The position numbers and the translations under genes are program-made. Of a stretch of DNA of 59,488 bases, positions 51,742 through 59,488 are shown one piece after another. How positions within the stretch are numbered: the first letter of the stretch is position 1; each line of letters begins with the position of its first letter. The stretch spans positions 1 to 59,488 of the IMG/VR virus record IMGVR_UViG_3300028398_000004; one strand, given 5' to 3'. Under the pieces are notes generated by a model that did no database searches, was not told the DNA's origin, and saw nothing but the letters and a program-made list of their open reading frames with translations. Origin of the DNA: a virus.

Positions 51742-52350
51742 TTAAAAATCAATTATTTCTCGCATAACTAATTCAAAAAAACAATTTTTTGTTGCTGTGA
51801 TATCAGCAAAAGCATCATGTGCTCCATCAAAACCTTTAGCAAAGAGTTTTTCATGCAATTCAATAAGTTTAGGCCATTTAAGGCGTCCATTTTTATTTTT
51901 TGCCTGAACATACTTTTTAACTTTTGGATCTTTCATAGTACAAAAACTTGGAATATCAAGATAAAAAGCTGATCGAGCTTCATCTGAAAGGTTATCTATA
52001 TTACGTTCAAGCATTTGATATACAAATTGCCAATCAAAATCAAAATTATGACATACAATAAGATCAGCTTCACGTAATAAAAGACCAAATTCTTCTGCTG
52101 CCTCATGTTCAGGAACTCCTTTTTCTTCTGTTTGCTCGACTGATATACCATGAATTTTCTCTGCATGATAATTTATTTCACGACCATTTGCTTGAATAAT
52201 AGTATTCATTTTAGCAATATCTTCTTTTTGTGTGGCAAGAATTGCTCCAATTTGCACTGTCCAAGATTGTTCAGGATCATTAGCGCTTAAATCTTTTTTA
52301 ATAAATCCTGATGTTTCAGTGTCGAAGAATAATACTTTTGTGTCATCCAT
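51742..52350 (-). CDS. DEDDh 3'-5' exonuclease (DnaQ/epsilon-like)
   Basis: Exo I FFDTETSG. Exo II HNFDFD. Exo III HDAFADI. Confidence 0.85.
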   Translation of the reverse strand: MDDTKVLFFDTETSGFIKKDLSANDPEQSWTVQIGAILATQKEDIAKMNTIIQANGREINYHAEKIHGISVEQTEEKGVPEHEAAEEFGLLLREADLIVCHNFDFDWQFVYQMLERNIDNLSDEARSAFYLDIPSFCTMKDPKVKKYVQAKNKNGRLKWPKLIELHEKLFAKGFDGAHDAFADITATKNCFFELVMREIIDF

Positions 52351-52374
52351 TGTTTTTGTGCTCCTTTGATTAAA

Positions 52375-52656
52375 TTATTGGATTACTTCTGATAAAAACA
52401 TTTCACTTGAATTATTATGATATTTAATATTATTATATAAAATAAATAAATCTTTTAAAATCTTATATATTAATAATTTATTTTCACAAGATATTAATAA
52501 AGGTTCTTCAAGAGTAAACATAGTACAATGAGGAATATTATCTTTTTCAAATATTATTTGAAGAATTAAATCCTCTTGATTTGTCAAAAACATAATTGAT
52601 GATTTAAAAGGAATTTGTTTTTGAATGTCTTTAATTAATTCTCTAACATATTTCAT
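52375..52656 (-). CDS. hypothetical protein (93 aa)
   Basis: Track ORF, tightly packed with its neighbours. Confidence 0.55.
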   Translation of the reverse strand: MKYVRELIKDIQKQIPFKSSIMFLTNQEDLILQIIFEKDNIPHCTMFTLEEPLLISCENKLLIYKILKDLFILYNNIKYHNNSSEMFLSEVIQ

Positions 52657-52658
52657 AA

Positions 52659-53924
52659 TTATTTTTTAACTCTTTTAATTAAATTACGATCCATTAATCT
52701 AAACACTGTTTTATTTAAATATTCTGGATCAATTACAGGTGTTTTTGACATAAGACTTGAATACCTAACTGTAGTAGCAGATGCTTCTACTTTTAATACT
52801 CCTGATTGTTCAGCCATTTCCAAATAACCTCGTAATTGTTGAATATTTTCTACGTCAAGATGAAAGTTCCTAACAAGTTCTGTCCAACCAAACGATTCTT
52901 TTTCTTCAATAAAGGAAAGTATTTTTGCATATACATCAGCTTGACTACTTAAACCAAGACCATAAAAAGCATTAGGCATTGCTTCTTCGGTGATTTGTAA
53001 TATTGCTAATGCCTTTTTAAAATGCTCAGCAGTAATAATTAAATCATTTGATTCAGCCGCCGAAACTAACATACAAACTTTATTTAAATGTAATGGACGA
53101 CGATGATTATATCCTGCAAATTTATCATTTGGGATACCTGTTTCATCATAATCTTGTTCATACCAACGAACATAAGCTTTGAGAAATTCATCTGATAAAG
53201 TAAATTGTCCAGCAAGATTAGCTATTTCTTGTAAATCTTCTCCAAGTTTTTTTTGAATATCTTGTTCTTCCTCTGTAAGATATTGAAGTGCTTTTCTATG
53301 TTTTGGTCCTTGACCAACTACAAAAATAATTCGTGATATTAATCCACCACCTACTGCATCTTGAGTAAGTTTAGATTGCAAAAGACTTGGAGTAATTGCC
53401 CCAATAATTGTCATCCAGCAGTTTGATAAATCTTCATCTTTCCTTGATAAAGTTTTATATTTCCATATATCAGCACAATCAAAAAGATCAGTCAGTGATG
53501 GAAGAAGCATTTGATCTCTATCAGAAAGAAATACTTGAAATTCTTCTGCCCATATAGATATGCTTTTATGTTTCTTTGTCATTCCATTAGAGTCAACAAA
53601 ACTATCTTCACTTTCCATAAGCTCTTTATAAAGTGCTTGCGTACTTCCAAGTGAATCAGCACCTAAAGTAACATCAATTTTTTGTATAAGAGCTTTAGCT
53701 GGTCGCATAGCTGTCCCTTTTCTACCTCCAGGTGGACCAACTAATGCAACAAATAAATTAGGATATACACAACCTCGTAATGGACCCCAATCACAATAAC
53801 ATTTACGTCGTAATGCAGTACTTATCGCTGTTAATCCACACCATAAATGATAAAGATCAGGTGATTCACTACGTTGCGTGTACTTCATATAATTTTCAAG
53901 CCAATCATTAAGCTGTCGTGGCAT
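52659..53924 (-). CDS. P-loop ATPase, putative replicative/primase-associated helicase (DUF3987-like)
   Basis: 421 aa. Walker A VGPPGGRKGT. Walker B-like SIWAEEF. Lies between the primase and polymerase genes. Confidence 0.45.
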   Translation of the reverse strand: MPRQLNDWLENYMKYTQRSESPDLYHLWCGLTAISTALRRKCYCDWGPLRGCVYPNLFVALVGPPGGRKGTAMRPAKALIQKIDVTLGADSLGSTQALYKELMESEDSFVDSNGMTKKHKSISIWAEEFQVFLSDRDQMLLPSLTDLFDCADIWKYKTLSRKDEDLSNCWMTIIGAITPSLLQSKLTQDAVGGGLISRIIFVVGQGPKHRKALQYLTEEEQDIQKKLGEDLQEIANLAGQFTLSDEFLKAYVRWYEQDYDETGIPNDKFAGYNHRRPLHLNKVCMLVSAAESNDLIITAEHFKKALAILQITEEAMPNAFYGLGLSSQADVYAKILSFIEEKESFGWTELVRNFHLDVENIQQLRGYLEMAEQSGVLKVEASATTVRYSSLMSKTPVIDPEYLNKTVFRLMDRNLIKRVKK

Positions 53925-53941
53925 TATAAATATCCTAAAAA

Positions 53942-54529
53942 TTAATTTTTATTTTTAATATAATTGCCCCATTGATCTACAATAGCTTGAGCAATTCCAG
54001 GAAAAGTCATTGAACGTAATCTTGCACGATTCTTTGATATAGGCATATTATAAATTAAATCTTTTCGTTCTTTCACAATATTTGTTGGAATTAATCGAGG
54101 AAGGTTTTTTCGAGCAAATCCAGTTGTTTTATTAATCGGATGTCCAAATTGCCAAGGATGAATATATTGAACATTAGATAAATATTTAAAAATTACAGAA
54201 CTTGGATTTTCTAATGCTACATGTGGAGCAATTTCACAAGCCCTTTTCCATAATATTTTTGTCCATTCAATAGCGAGTTGACGTTGTTCATATTTAGGTT
54301 TACCCTTAGCATAATATCTATTACCTGATAAGCACATCGCTGTACATGGTGGATGAAGAATAATTAATGTCCATTGATCTTTTTGTAAAACATCAAAAAT
54401 ATTCATTTGATAATGATATTTAGAATCACCTTGAGTTGGACGTAAGTCACAGCTATAAGTATCAAAGCCAGCTTTACGAAAAGTCTGGCAAAGTATTTGC
54501 GATTCTTCGCAACCTATTAATATTTTCAT
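53942..54529 (-). CDS. minimal C5-cytosine-methyltransferase-like protein lacking a target-recognition domain
   Basis: 195 aa. PPC (LHPPCTAM), ENP (ALENPSS) and a C-terminal SKNRARLRSMTFPGIAQAI resemble Dcm motifs IV, VI and IX-X. Motif I is atypical (IGCEESQ). Confidence 0.45.
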   Translation of the reverse strand: MKILIGCEESQILCQTFRKAGFDTYSCDLRPTQGDSKYHYQMNIFDVLQKDQWTLIILHPPCTAMCLSGNRYYAKGKPKYEQRQLAIEWTKILWKRACEIAPHVALENPSSVIFKYLSNVQYIHPWQFGHPINKTTGFARKNLPRLIPTNIVKERKDLIYNMPISKNRARLRSMTFPGIAQAIVDQWGNYIKNKN

Positions 54530-57039
54530 TGTTGAAGTTTTTTAATAGCTTTTTCAAGAGTAGCTTGCTTGAAATCATCTACTTCAACAGTATTTCCAGC
54601 CCATTGAGTTCCTATCTTTGCATCAAGACCAATAGTAAAACTTTTTCCTTTATAGGTAAATGTATGTGTTAAATGATCTTTAATAATCATAAATATTTGT
54701 TCTAAATATGGTATTTTAGATTTATGAATTTGAATAACATCTGAATCATGTACTGTTGTCAACATACGAATATCAAAACCATCTTTACCTAATCGCGGAT
54801 CATTTGCTATTTTAATACTACCACGATTCAAAAGTTCCGCTACTGTAGATTGAGGCTTATAACTATAAGCATTTCTAAATAATGCAGCATTCATAGGACT
54901 TAAAAATCGTCTTGGTCTACCAAATAAATTATATAATACACGAGTTTCTTGTACCTCTTCTTCAATAGATTTATGCCATCGTTTAAGACCCGGAAATCTA
55001 TCAGTATATCGAGTAAGCAGTTGTTTACATTCTGATTGACTTTTGAATATTTCTTCTTTTGCTAAATTATCAGAGAAAGTCTGTGGCCCCATTGCATAGT
55101 TAGATGCATGAACAACTTTTTTGCCAAGTTGTCTCATCGTGACTGATCCTTTATTATTATGATGTTCTTCAATAACATCTTCAATAGGTACATTAAATAT
55201 TTTACTTGCGTTAAAACTATGCACATCAATTCCACTAAGGAAAGATTCAATCATATTAGTATCTTGAGAAAGATATGCAACTATATGAGCCTCAGCTTTA
55301 GCAAGATCAAATTCAACAAGATACCAATCAGGATCAGGAAGTAAAAAATGTTTGAAGATATAAGGTTGATTTTGAAGATTCATTCCAGTACCAAAATAAG
55401 TCTTTTCAGTAGAAATTCTACCTGATACTGTACCAGAGATTTTATGATGGCATCGAAGTTTATTATCTGAATCTACAGGAATAGTAAAATATGTTGAAAC
55501 TAATTTATGATATTTACGAAGTTTAATAATTAAGCGTGCTTCAGCAGATCCTTTACCACCTTTTTTAGCTATTCGATGTAAGGCAACAGCATCGCATGTA
55601 GCATTACCTGATTTACGATTTATGTATGGTTTAATCATACATACACCATAAAAATAAGCAATCATTTGTTTTGAAGAATTAATATTTATTTCTTTACCAA
55701 CTATTTTTTCTAATTCTGCCTGAAGAGATATAATTTTTTCTTCATACTCTGCTTTAATCTTTTTAATTCCTTCAACATCAGTTAATAATCCATTAAACTC
55801 CATTTCCATTAATGGTTTATGAAGATTCATGGTATAATCCATTGCATCAGTTGAATCAAAATCTTCTAATTCTTCAATAAGTTTTTCAGAAATTGGAAGT
55901 AAATATGCTGCATCCTTTGCGTTATATCGCCAATATTTGGACCAATCTTTTACTACCTGCAAATGAACATTTTTTCCTTCTTGTTTATAAGCAGGATAAT
56001 TTGTATATACTGATGTAAGATAATCAAGTCCTTTAGGTAATTCAGTATAACAAATATGCTGTGCAAGCATCGTATCAAAATAAAAATTATTTGTCTTAAT
56101 ATTCATTGTACGAAGAATATACATTAAGTCAAACATTCCATTTTGTAAAATCTTCTTTATATCAGCATCAATAAGTATTTCAGCAAGACCTGACCAAATT
56201 TTAACCTCTTCTTCAATAGACCAATAGTTGCCTTTATTATCCATCAAGGGAATAGACATACTTTTTATTTGATCTTCATCATAACAAGCTAAACTAAAAC
56301 AAGTACAAAATTCAGGTGTTGCTTCAATATCAAAACTTACATATTCTTTTGTTTTCAAAAGCTCGTAAAATTTTAAAACTTGTTCAAAAGAAGGCTTAAT
56401 TGTAATCTTTGTATTATCTTTAAGCAATTCAGGATCATCAATGACTTTAAGCATTTTAGTAAAATCTGCAATCATTGTATAGAAATGAATAGGCTTACCA
56501 GAGAAAGTTGTAAAAGAAGGATGATAAGATATACCTATAATTTTTCCAGGAAGATATTGTTTTACTTCTGGAATATTATCAGCAAAATAAAATGATCCAC
56601 GGTATGTTTGAATAGAATTAAATTTAGGATTATCAAAAACTAAACGCATTGCTGTTTCACCAAGAAGCATAATAAACTTTCCTTGAAAATTAGAAAGTTC
56701 ATCAAGCAAGCGTTCTCTCAATATATTCCAATCAGGATGTTTAAATCCTTTCTTATTCCATAAACGTTTAGTATTATTTTTTGGAATTGATGCTTTACAA
56801 GCATGAGTCATATAAATTTGATATCGTGCTAAACGAACTGCAGCACATATTCTATTAAGTTGTGTTCCAGCTGGATCACTAAAAGGAATTTGCTTAGCTA
56901 CATCAATGGCAGTTGGAAAATCACCTACCATTGCAACCATTGCTGTCTTGATATTTTCTGTTGGAGGACAATCAACTGCAAGTGCATCAAAAGAACTTTT
57001 TTGTACTTTTTTATTATTTTTAATTTTTGGAATAATCAT
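54526..57039 (-). CDS. polA: family-A DNA polymerase with 3'-5' exonuclease and an N-terminal family-4-UDG-like domain
   Basis: 837 aa. Exo motif SFDIEAT. Pol motif A FDLAKAEAH. Motif B RQLGKKVVHASNYAMG. Motif C TVHDS. N-terminal GDFPTAIDVAKQIPFSDPAGTQL and YHPSF. Confidence 0.9.
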   Translation of the reverse strand: MIIPKIKNNKKVQKSSFDALAVDCPPTENIKTAMVAMVGDFPTAIDVAKQIPFSDPAGTQLNRICAAVRLARYQIYMTHACKASIPKNNTKRLWNKKGFKHPDWNILRERLLDELSNFQGKFIMLLGETAMRLVFDNPKFNSIQTYRGSFYFADNIPEVKQYLPGKIIGISYHPSFTTFSGKPIHFYTMIADFTKMLKVIDDPELLKDNTKITIKPSFEQVLKFYELLKTKEYVSFDIEATPEFCTCFSLACYDEDQIKSMSIPLMDNKGNYWSIEEEVKIWSGLAEILIDADIKKILQNGMFDLMYILRTMNIKTNNFYFDTMLAQHICYTELPKGLDYLTSVYTNYPAYKQEGKNVHLQVVKDWSKYWRYNAKDAAYLLPISEKLIEELEDFDSTDAMDYTMNLHKPLMEMEFNGLLTDVEGIKKIKAEYEEKIISLQAELEKIVGKEININSSKQMIAYFYGVCMIKPYINRKSGNATCDAVALHRIAKKGGKGSAEARLIIKLRKYHKLVSTYFTIPVDSDNKLRCHHKISGTVSGRISTEKTYFGTGMNLQNQPYIFKHFLLPDPDWYLVEFDLAKAEAHIVAYLSQDTNMIESFLSGIDVHSFNASKIFNVPIEDVIEEHHNNKGSVTMRQLGKKVVHASNYAMGPQTFSDNLAKEEIFKSQSECKQLLTRYTDRFPGLKRWHKSIEEEVQETRVLYNLFGRPRRFLSPMNAALFRNAYSYKPQSTVAELLNRGSIKIANDPRLGKDGFDIRMLTTVHDSDVIQIHKSKIPYLEQIFMIIKDHLTHTFTYKGKSFTIGLDAKIGTQWAGNTVEVDDFKQATLEKAIKKLQQ
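56394..56991 (-). other. UDG-family-4-like N-terminal domain of the polymerase
   Basis: GDFP replaces the canonical GE(A/G)PG. The HPS motif is present (ISYHPSF). Confidence 0.55.
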
Positions 57040-57299
57040 TATAATATATCCTTTTTAAGTTGTCCAGCTTTAGGAGCTTTTATTTCACATTTACAATCTA
57101 AACAAATATATGATCGTACTCTGAGTACATCAGCGGAAAGTACATTCGTAGCAAAATTATAATAAGGTTCTGCTGAATAACCATTAGGCCATGTTTTTCG
57201 TGCAAGACCTATTTCAAGCGGCACAAGATTTTTATGTAAACAACATTTAATCTTTTTTGACTTCTGTTTAATTATACTTCCTGATTTATATGCACTCAT
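57039..57299 (-). CDS. zinc-ribbon small protein (86 aa)
   Basis: CC..(44 aa)..CLDCKC. Its stop overlaps the polymerase start by 1 nt. Confidence 0.6.
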   Translation of the reverse strand: MSAYKSGSIIKQKSKKIKCCLHKNLVPLEIGLARKTWPNGYSAEPYYNFATNVLSADVLRVRSYICLDCKCEIKAPKAGQLKKDIL

Positions 57300-57308
57300 T
57301 TCATGCTC

Positions 57309-57443
57309 CTAACAGTTAATAATTCCTTGCCTATTCCAAAACCTTTTCATAGCTAAAAGACGATAATATACATACCATGACCAATCAATATTACATCTAC
57401 TTTCTTTATGTAATTGATGATATCTTTTTGAAACAATTAACAT
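57309..57443 (-). CDS. small hypothetical ORF (44 aa, below track cutoff)
   Basis: AAGGA RBS. MLIVSKRYHQLHKESRCNIDWSWYVYYRLLAMKRFWNRQGIINC. Confidence 0.4.
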   Translation of the reverse strand: MLIVSKRYHQLHKESRCNIDWSWYVYYRLLAMKRFWNRQGIINC

Positions 57444-57493
57444 AAAATTATCCTTTTATGATATTAATTTTCACCTTGTCCGCATGGCACTCA

Positions 57494-57724
57494 TCATGCA
57501 GGCCGTTCTATGGCTTTGCTATCGGCCACCCATTGTTTGTAATGGAAATCTACCATTCCTTGGTCAAACTTAAATGATGTCATTGGTGTTCCACGAAGTT
57601 GCATAAGTTTGACCAAGATATGCTCGTTTGCAGTTTCGGCCTTACCGGTTCCGTTATCCATCACAGATCGGACAATATCAATAATTTCTTCATCCCTACT
57701 TCTATCAATGTAATTTATACTCAT
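57494..57724 (-). CDS. hypothetical protein (76 aa)
   Basis: Track ORF with a GGAG RBS. Confidence 0.6.
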   Translation of the reverse strand: MSINYIDRSRDEEIIDIVRSVMDNGTGKAETANEHILVKLMQLRGTPMTSFKFDQGMVDFHYKQWVADSKAIERPA

Positions 57725-57798
57725 TCATAATCTCCTATATTTGTTCTGCCATGTTTACCCTCTTTATCACGCTTGCCTCTGAACTTTATATTGTCCTT

Positions 57799-59220
57799 TT
57801 AAATTCCATCTACATCAGCTGATATTCCAAGAAAGTTTTCTAACCTGACATAAAATTCAGGAATATATTTTTGACTTTTATCACATCCAATAGGCATCAT
57901 ATTAGCTTTAGCCGCACTAATCAGACAATTCCCTGAACCTGCAAAAGGGCTTAAAAAAATTGTTCCAGGTTTACCAAGTGCTTTTATAAAATGATCATAA
58001 AGCTCTATTGGTTTTTCCCATTGATGAATACGATTAGCACTTGCAACTGTTTCAACACTAATTGCGGATAACATACTGGAAACATTAAATTGTGCTTCAC
58101 CTTTACGCATGACAAGATACATTTCCCAATTACTAATCATATTCTTTTTAGGAATATTTGTACTTCCACCTTTTTTAATCCATGCCCCAGGCTGCTGAAC
58201 AATAAATCCAATATCTTGAGCTATTTTAGTTATTTCAATAAAATGTTCTTTTCCTGTCCAACATAATAACCAGCTTCCATCAAGCATTTTCTGATAAATC
58301 AATGGAAGATAATTAAAATAAAATTCATAAAGTTCTTTTTCAGTCCAATCGGTAGCTTTACTTTTAATCTTTGATGTTTTTCCATATATCTTATTAAAAT
58401 TAATTGCATATGGAGGATCAAGTTCTACCATACCAACTGAATTATCAGGTACTTTATTAAGAAATGTTTTATAATTTTCAGCAACATAAATAACTTGAAT
58501 TTTACGTTGAGCTACTTTTTCTGTTTCTATGACAACTTTTTTTGCCTCATCTGCTTTTTCTTTAGTATATTCAACAGATTTAGCAACTACATCAGGCACA
58601 GTATTTTTTATAGGTATTTCAGTCACTCCAGCCTGAAGATCCATTAAACGTTTCTTTTCTTCATCACTAAAACTATCCATACGTTGAATTGCAGCCGCTT
58701 GATTACCAAGACGTTTATAAAGTTCTTTTGCACGGCTTTTCGTAGTTTGTTCTTTTAATTCAGGAAATACTTTTAATGCTTCTGCAAAAGCAAGATCTGT
58801 TGATAGGCCACCTAAACTACATTTCAAACGCTTAGCTGTTTCACGATAGCCCCAAGATTTTCCTTCTTGTTCAGCAGCACTTTTCCAAAAATTATGAAGC
58901 TTATACTTAAGTTCAATTTCTTCATGCCATTTAAATTCTTTTCGATCCATATTAGCAAGCAATTCAATCAATGTATGATCATCTTGGCTAATACCATCAA
59001 TCACTCGAACCTCAATTGTGTCTCTGCCAAGATGTTCAATAGCACGAATACGATGAAGTCCATCAATCAGTACATTATCTGAATTAACTAAAACTGGAGC
59101 TAATTGACCAACCATTGCAATAGAATCAGCTAATGATGATACATCACCTACATCCATTCTTGCACGATCTTTAATAATAATATCTTTAACAAGTTTTTCC
59201 TCTATCTGAAAAAATTTCAT
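57799..59220 (-). CDS. ParB-like N-terminal domain fused to an N6-adenine/N4-cytosine DNA methyltransferase
   Basis: 473 aa. ParB box LIDGLHRIRAIEHLG. Methyltransferase motif IV ELDPPYA comes before motif I SPFAGSGN (beta-class order). Confidence 0.85.
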   Translation of the reverse strand: MKFFQIEEKLVKDIIIKDRARMDVGDVSSLADSIAMVGQLAPVLVNSDNVLIDGLHRIRAIEHLGRDTIEVRVIDGISQDDHTLIELLANMDRKEFKWHEEIELKYKLHNFWKSAAEQEGKSWGYRETAKRLKCSLGGLSTDLAFAEALKVFPELKEQTTKSRAKELYKRLGNQAAAIQRMDSFSDEEKKRLMDLQAGVTEIPIKNTVPDVVAKSVEYTKEKADEAKKVVIETEKVAQRKIQVIYVAENYKTFLNKVPDNSVGMVELDPPYAINFNKIYGKTSKIKSKATDWTEKELYEFYFNYLPLIYQKMLDGSWLLCWTGKEHFIEITKIAQDIGFIVQQPGAWIKKGGSTNIPKKNMISNWEMYLVMRKGEAQFNVSSMLSAISVETVASANRIHQWEKPIELYDHFIKALGKPGTIFLSPFAGSGNCLISAAKANMMPIGCDKSQKYIPEFYVRLENFLGISADVDGI

Positions 59221-59258
59221 TTTTAAGTTCCTTTATATATTTATTGTTTAAAAAGTAA

Positions 59259-59488
59259 TTATTTATTTATTACTTTTAAATTATTAGCATTACTTTCAAT
59301 TGCTTTGATAACCTCTTCAAAACCATCAATTTTTGATTGTATTTTTATAAGATTAATAAGTATAGGATATAAAGATAAAAAATCATCATCGTTTGGCCAT
59401 CGACCATAATCAAATATTTTTGCAATTTTAATTTGAAGCTCTTGTTTTTTATCTTTTTGATATTTAAGCTCTATTATTAATTCATTCA
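59259..59488 (-). CDS. junction-spanning hypothetical protein (76 aa), start codon cut by 1 nt at the window edge
   Basis: Same ORF as 1..128. Full product: MNELIIELKYQKDKKQELQIKIAKIFDYGRWPNDDDFLSLYPILINLIKIQSKIDGFEEVIKAIESNANNLKVINK. TAA at 59259-59261. Confidence 0.55.
   Translation of the reverse strand, partial: NELIIELKYQKDKKQELQIKIAKIFDYGRWPNDDDFLSLYPILINLIKIQSKIDGFEEVIKAIESNANNLKVINK
59362..59488. repeat. Terminal duplication copy 2 (identical to 1..127)
   Basis: Base-by-base comparison with 1..127. Offset is 59361, so the unique genome length is 59,361 bp. Confidence 0.95.

Noticed and set aside
1-59488. tRNA or tmRNA genes, an integrase/repressor lysogeny module, and a phage RNA polymerase.
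   Set aside because: I found no T-loop-like GGTTCGAAT-type sequence with matching arms, and no recombinase or RNAP motifs in any long ORF. This is an eye search only. tRNAscan-SE/ARAGORN and hmmscan should confirm it.

Overview
The window is one complete, AT-rich dsDNA phage genome. The first 127 nt are identical to the last 127 nt, which looks like a circular-assembly overlap, so the unique length is 59,361 bp. I saw no rRNA, tRNA, tmRNA, CRISPR array, integrase, reverse transcriptase or phage RNA polymerase by eye. All calls rest on motif reading and gene order only, with no database search. Genome layout: a roughly 2-kb ORF-poor control region (13.2-15.2 kb) fires two divergent arms. (1) A leftward arm on the minus strand runs 14.5 kb -> 1 -> across the junction -> 49.37 kb. 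It carries small early genes (many zinc-ribbon-like), a recombination module (PD-(D/E)XK nuclease, Sak4-like ATPase, DUF669-like SSB), an SF1 helicase and NAD-dependent ligase. It then carries ParB-methyltransferase, family-A polymerase with an N-terminal UDG-like domain, a mini C5-methyltransferase-like protein, a helicase-like ATPase, a DEDDh exonuclease, an AEP-like primase and ThyX. (2) A rightward arm on the plus strand (15.2-49.3 kb) carries terS-like, terL, portal, a DUF2829/Tad2-like gene, a GroES-like co-chaperonin, scaffold, capsid and tail fibre. An embedded envelope/lysis cluster, virion proteins and a 2623-aa polyvalent-type giant protein follow. No tape-measure, tube or sheath gene was recognised, so a podovirus-like virion is my inference. 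The arms converge at 49,323-49,368 on an AT hairpin. Items most worth follow-up: the giant multi-effector protein with two ART-like modules; an exact 17-nt palindrome at six intergenic junctions; and the control region (GTTTAC iterons, poly-G tracts, two further iteron classes between consensus promoters). Also of note: two paralogous stand-alone promoter-gene-terminator units; a roughly 370-nt ORF-free island that may be an ncRNA; a Tad2-like mini-island with reused junction sequences; and three interrupted small genes. Several real-looking genes fall just under the ORF track's 60-aa cutoff, and the track also uses GTG/TTG starts, so some starts are trimmed here.
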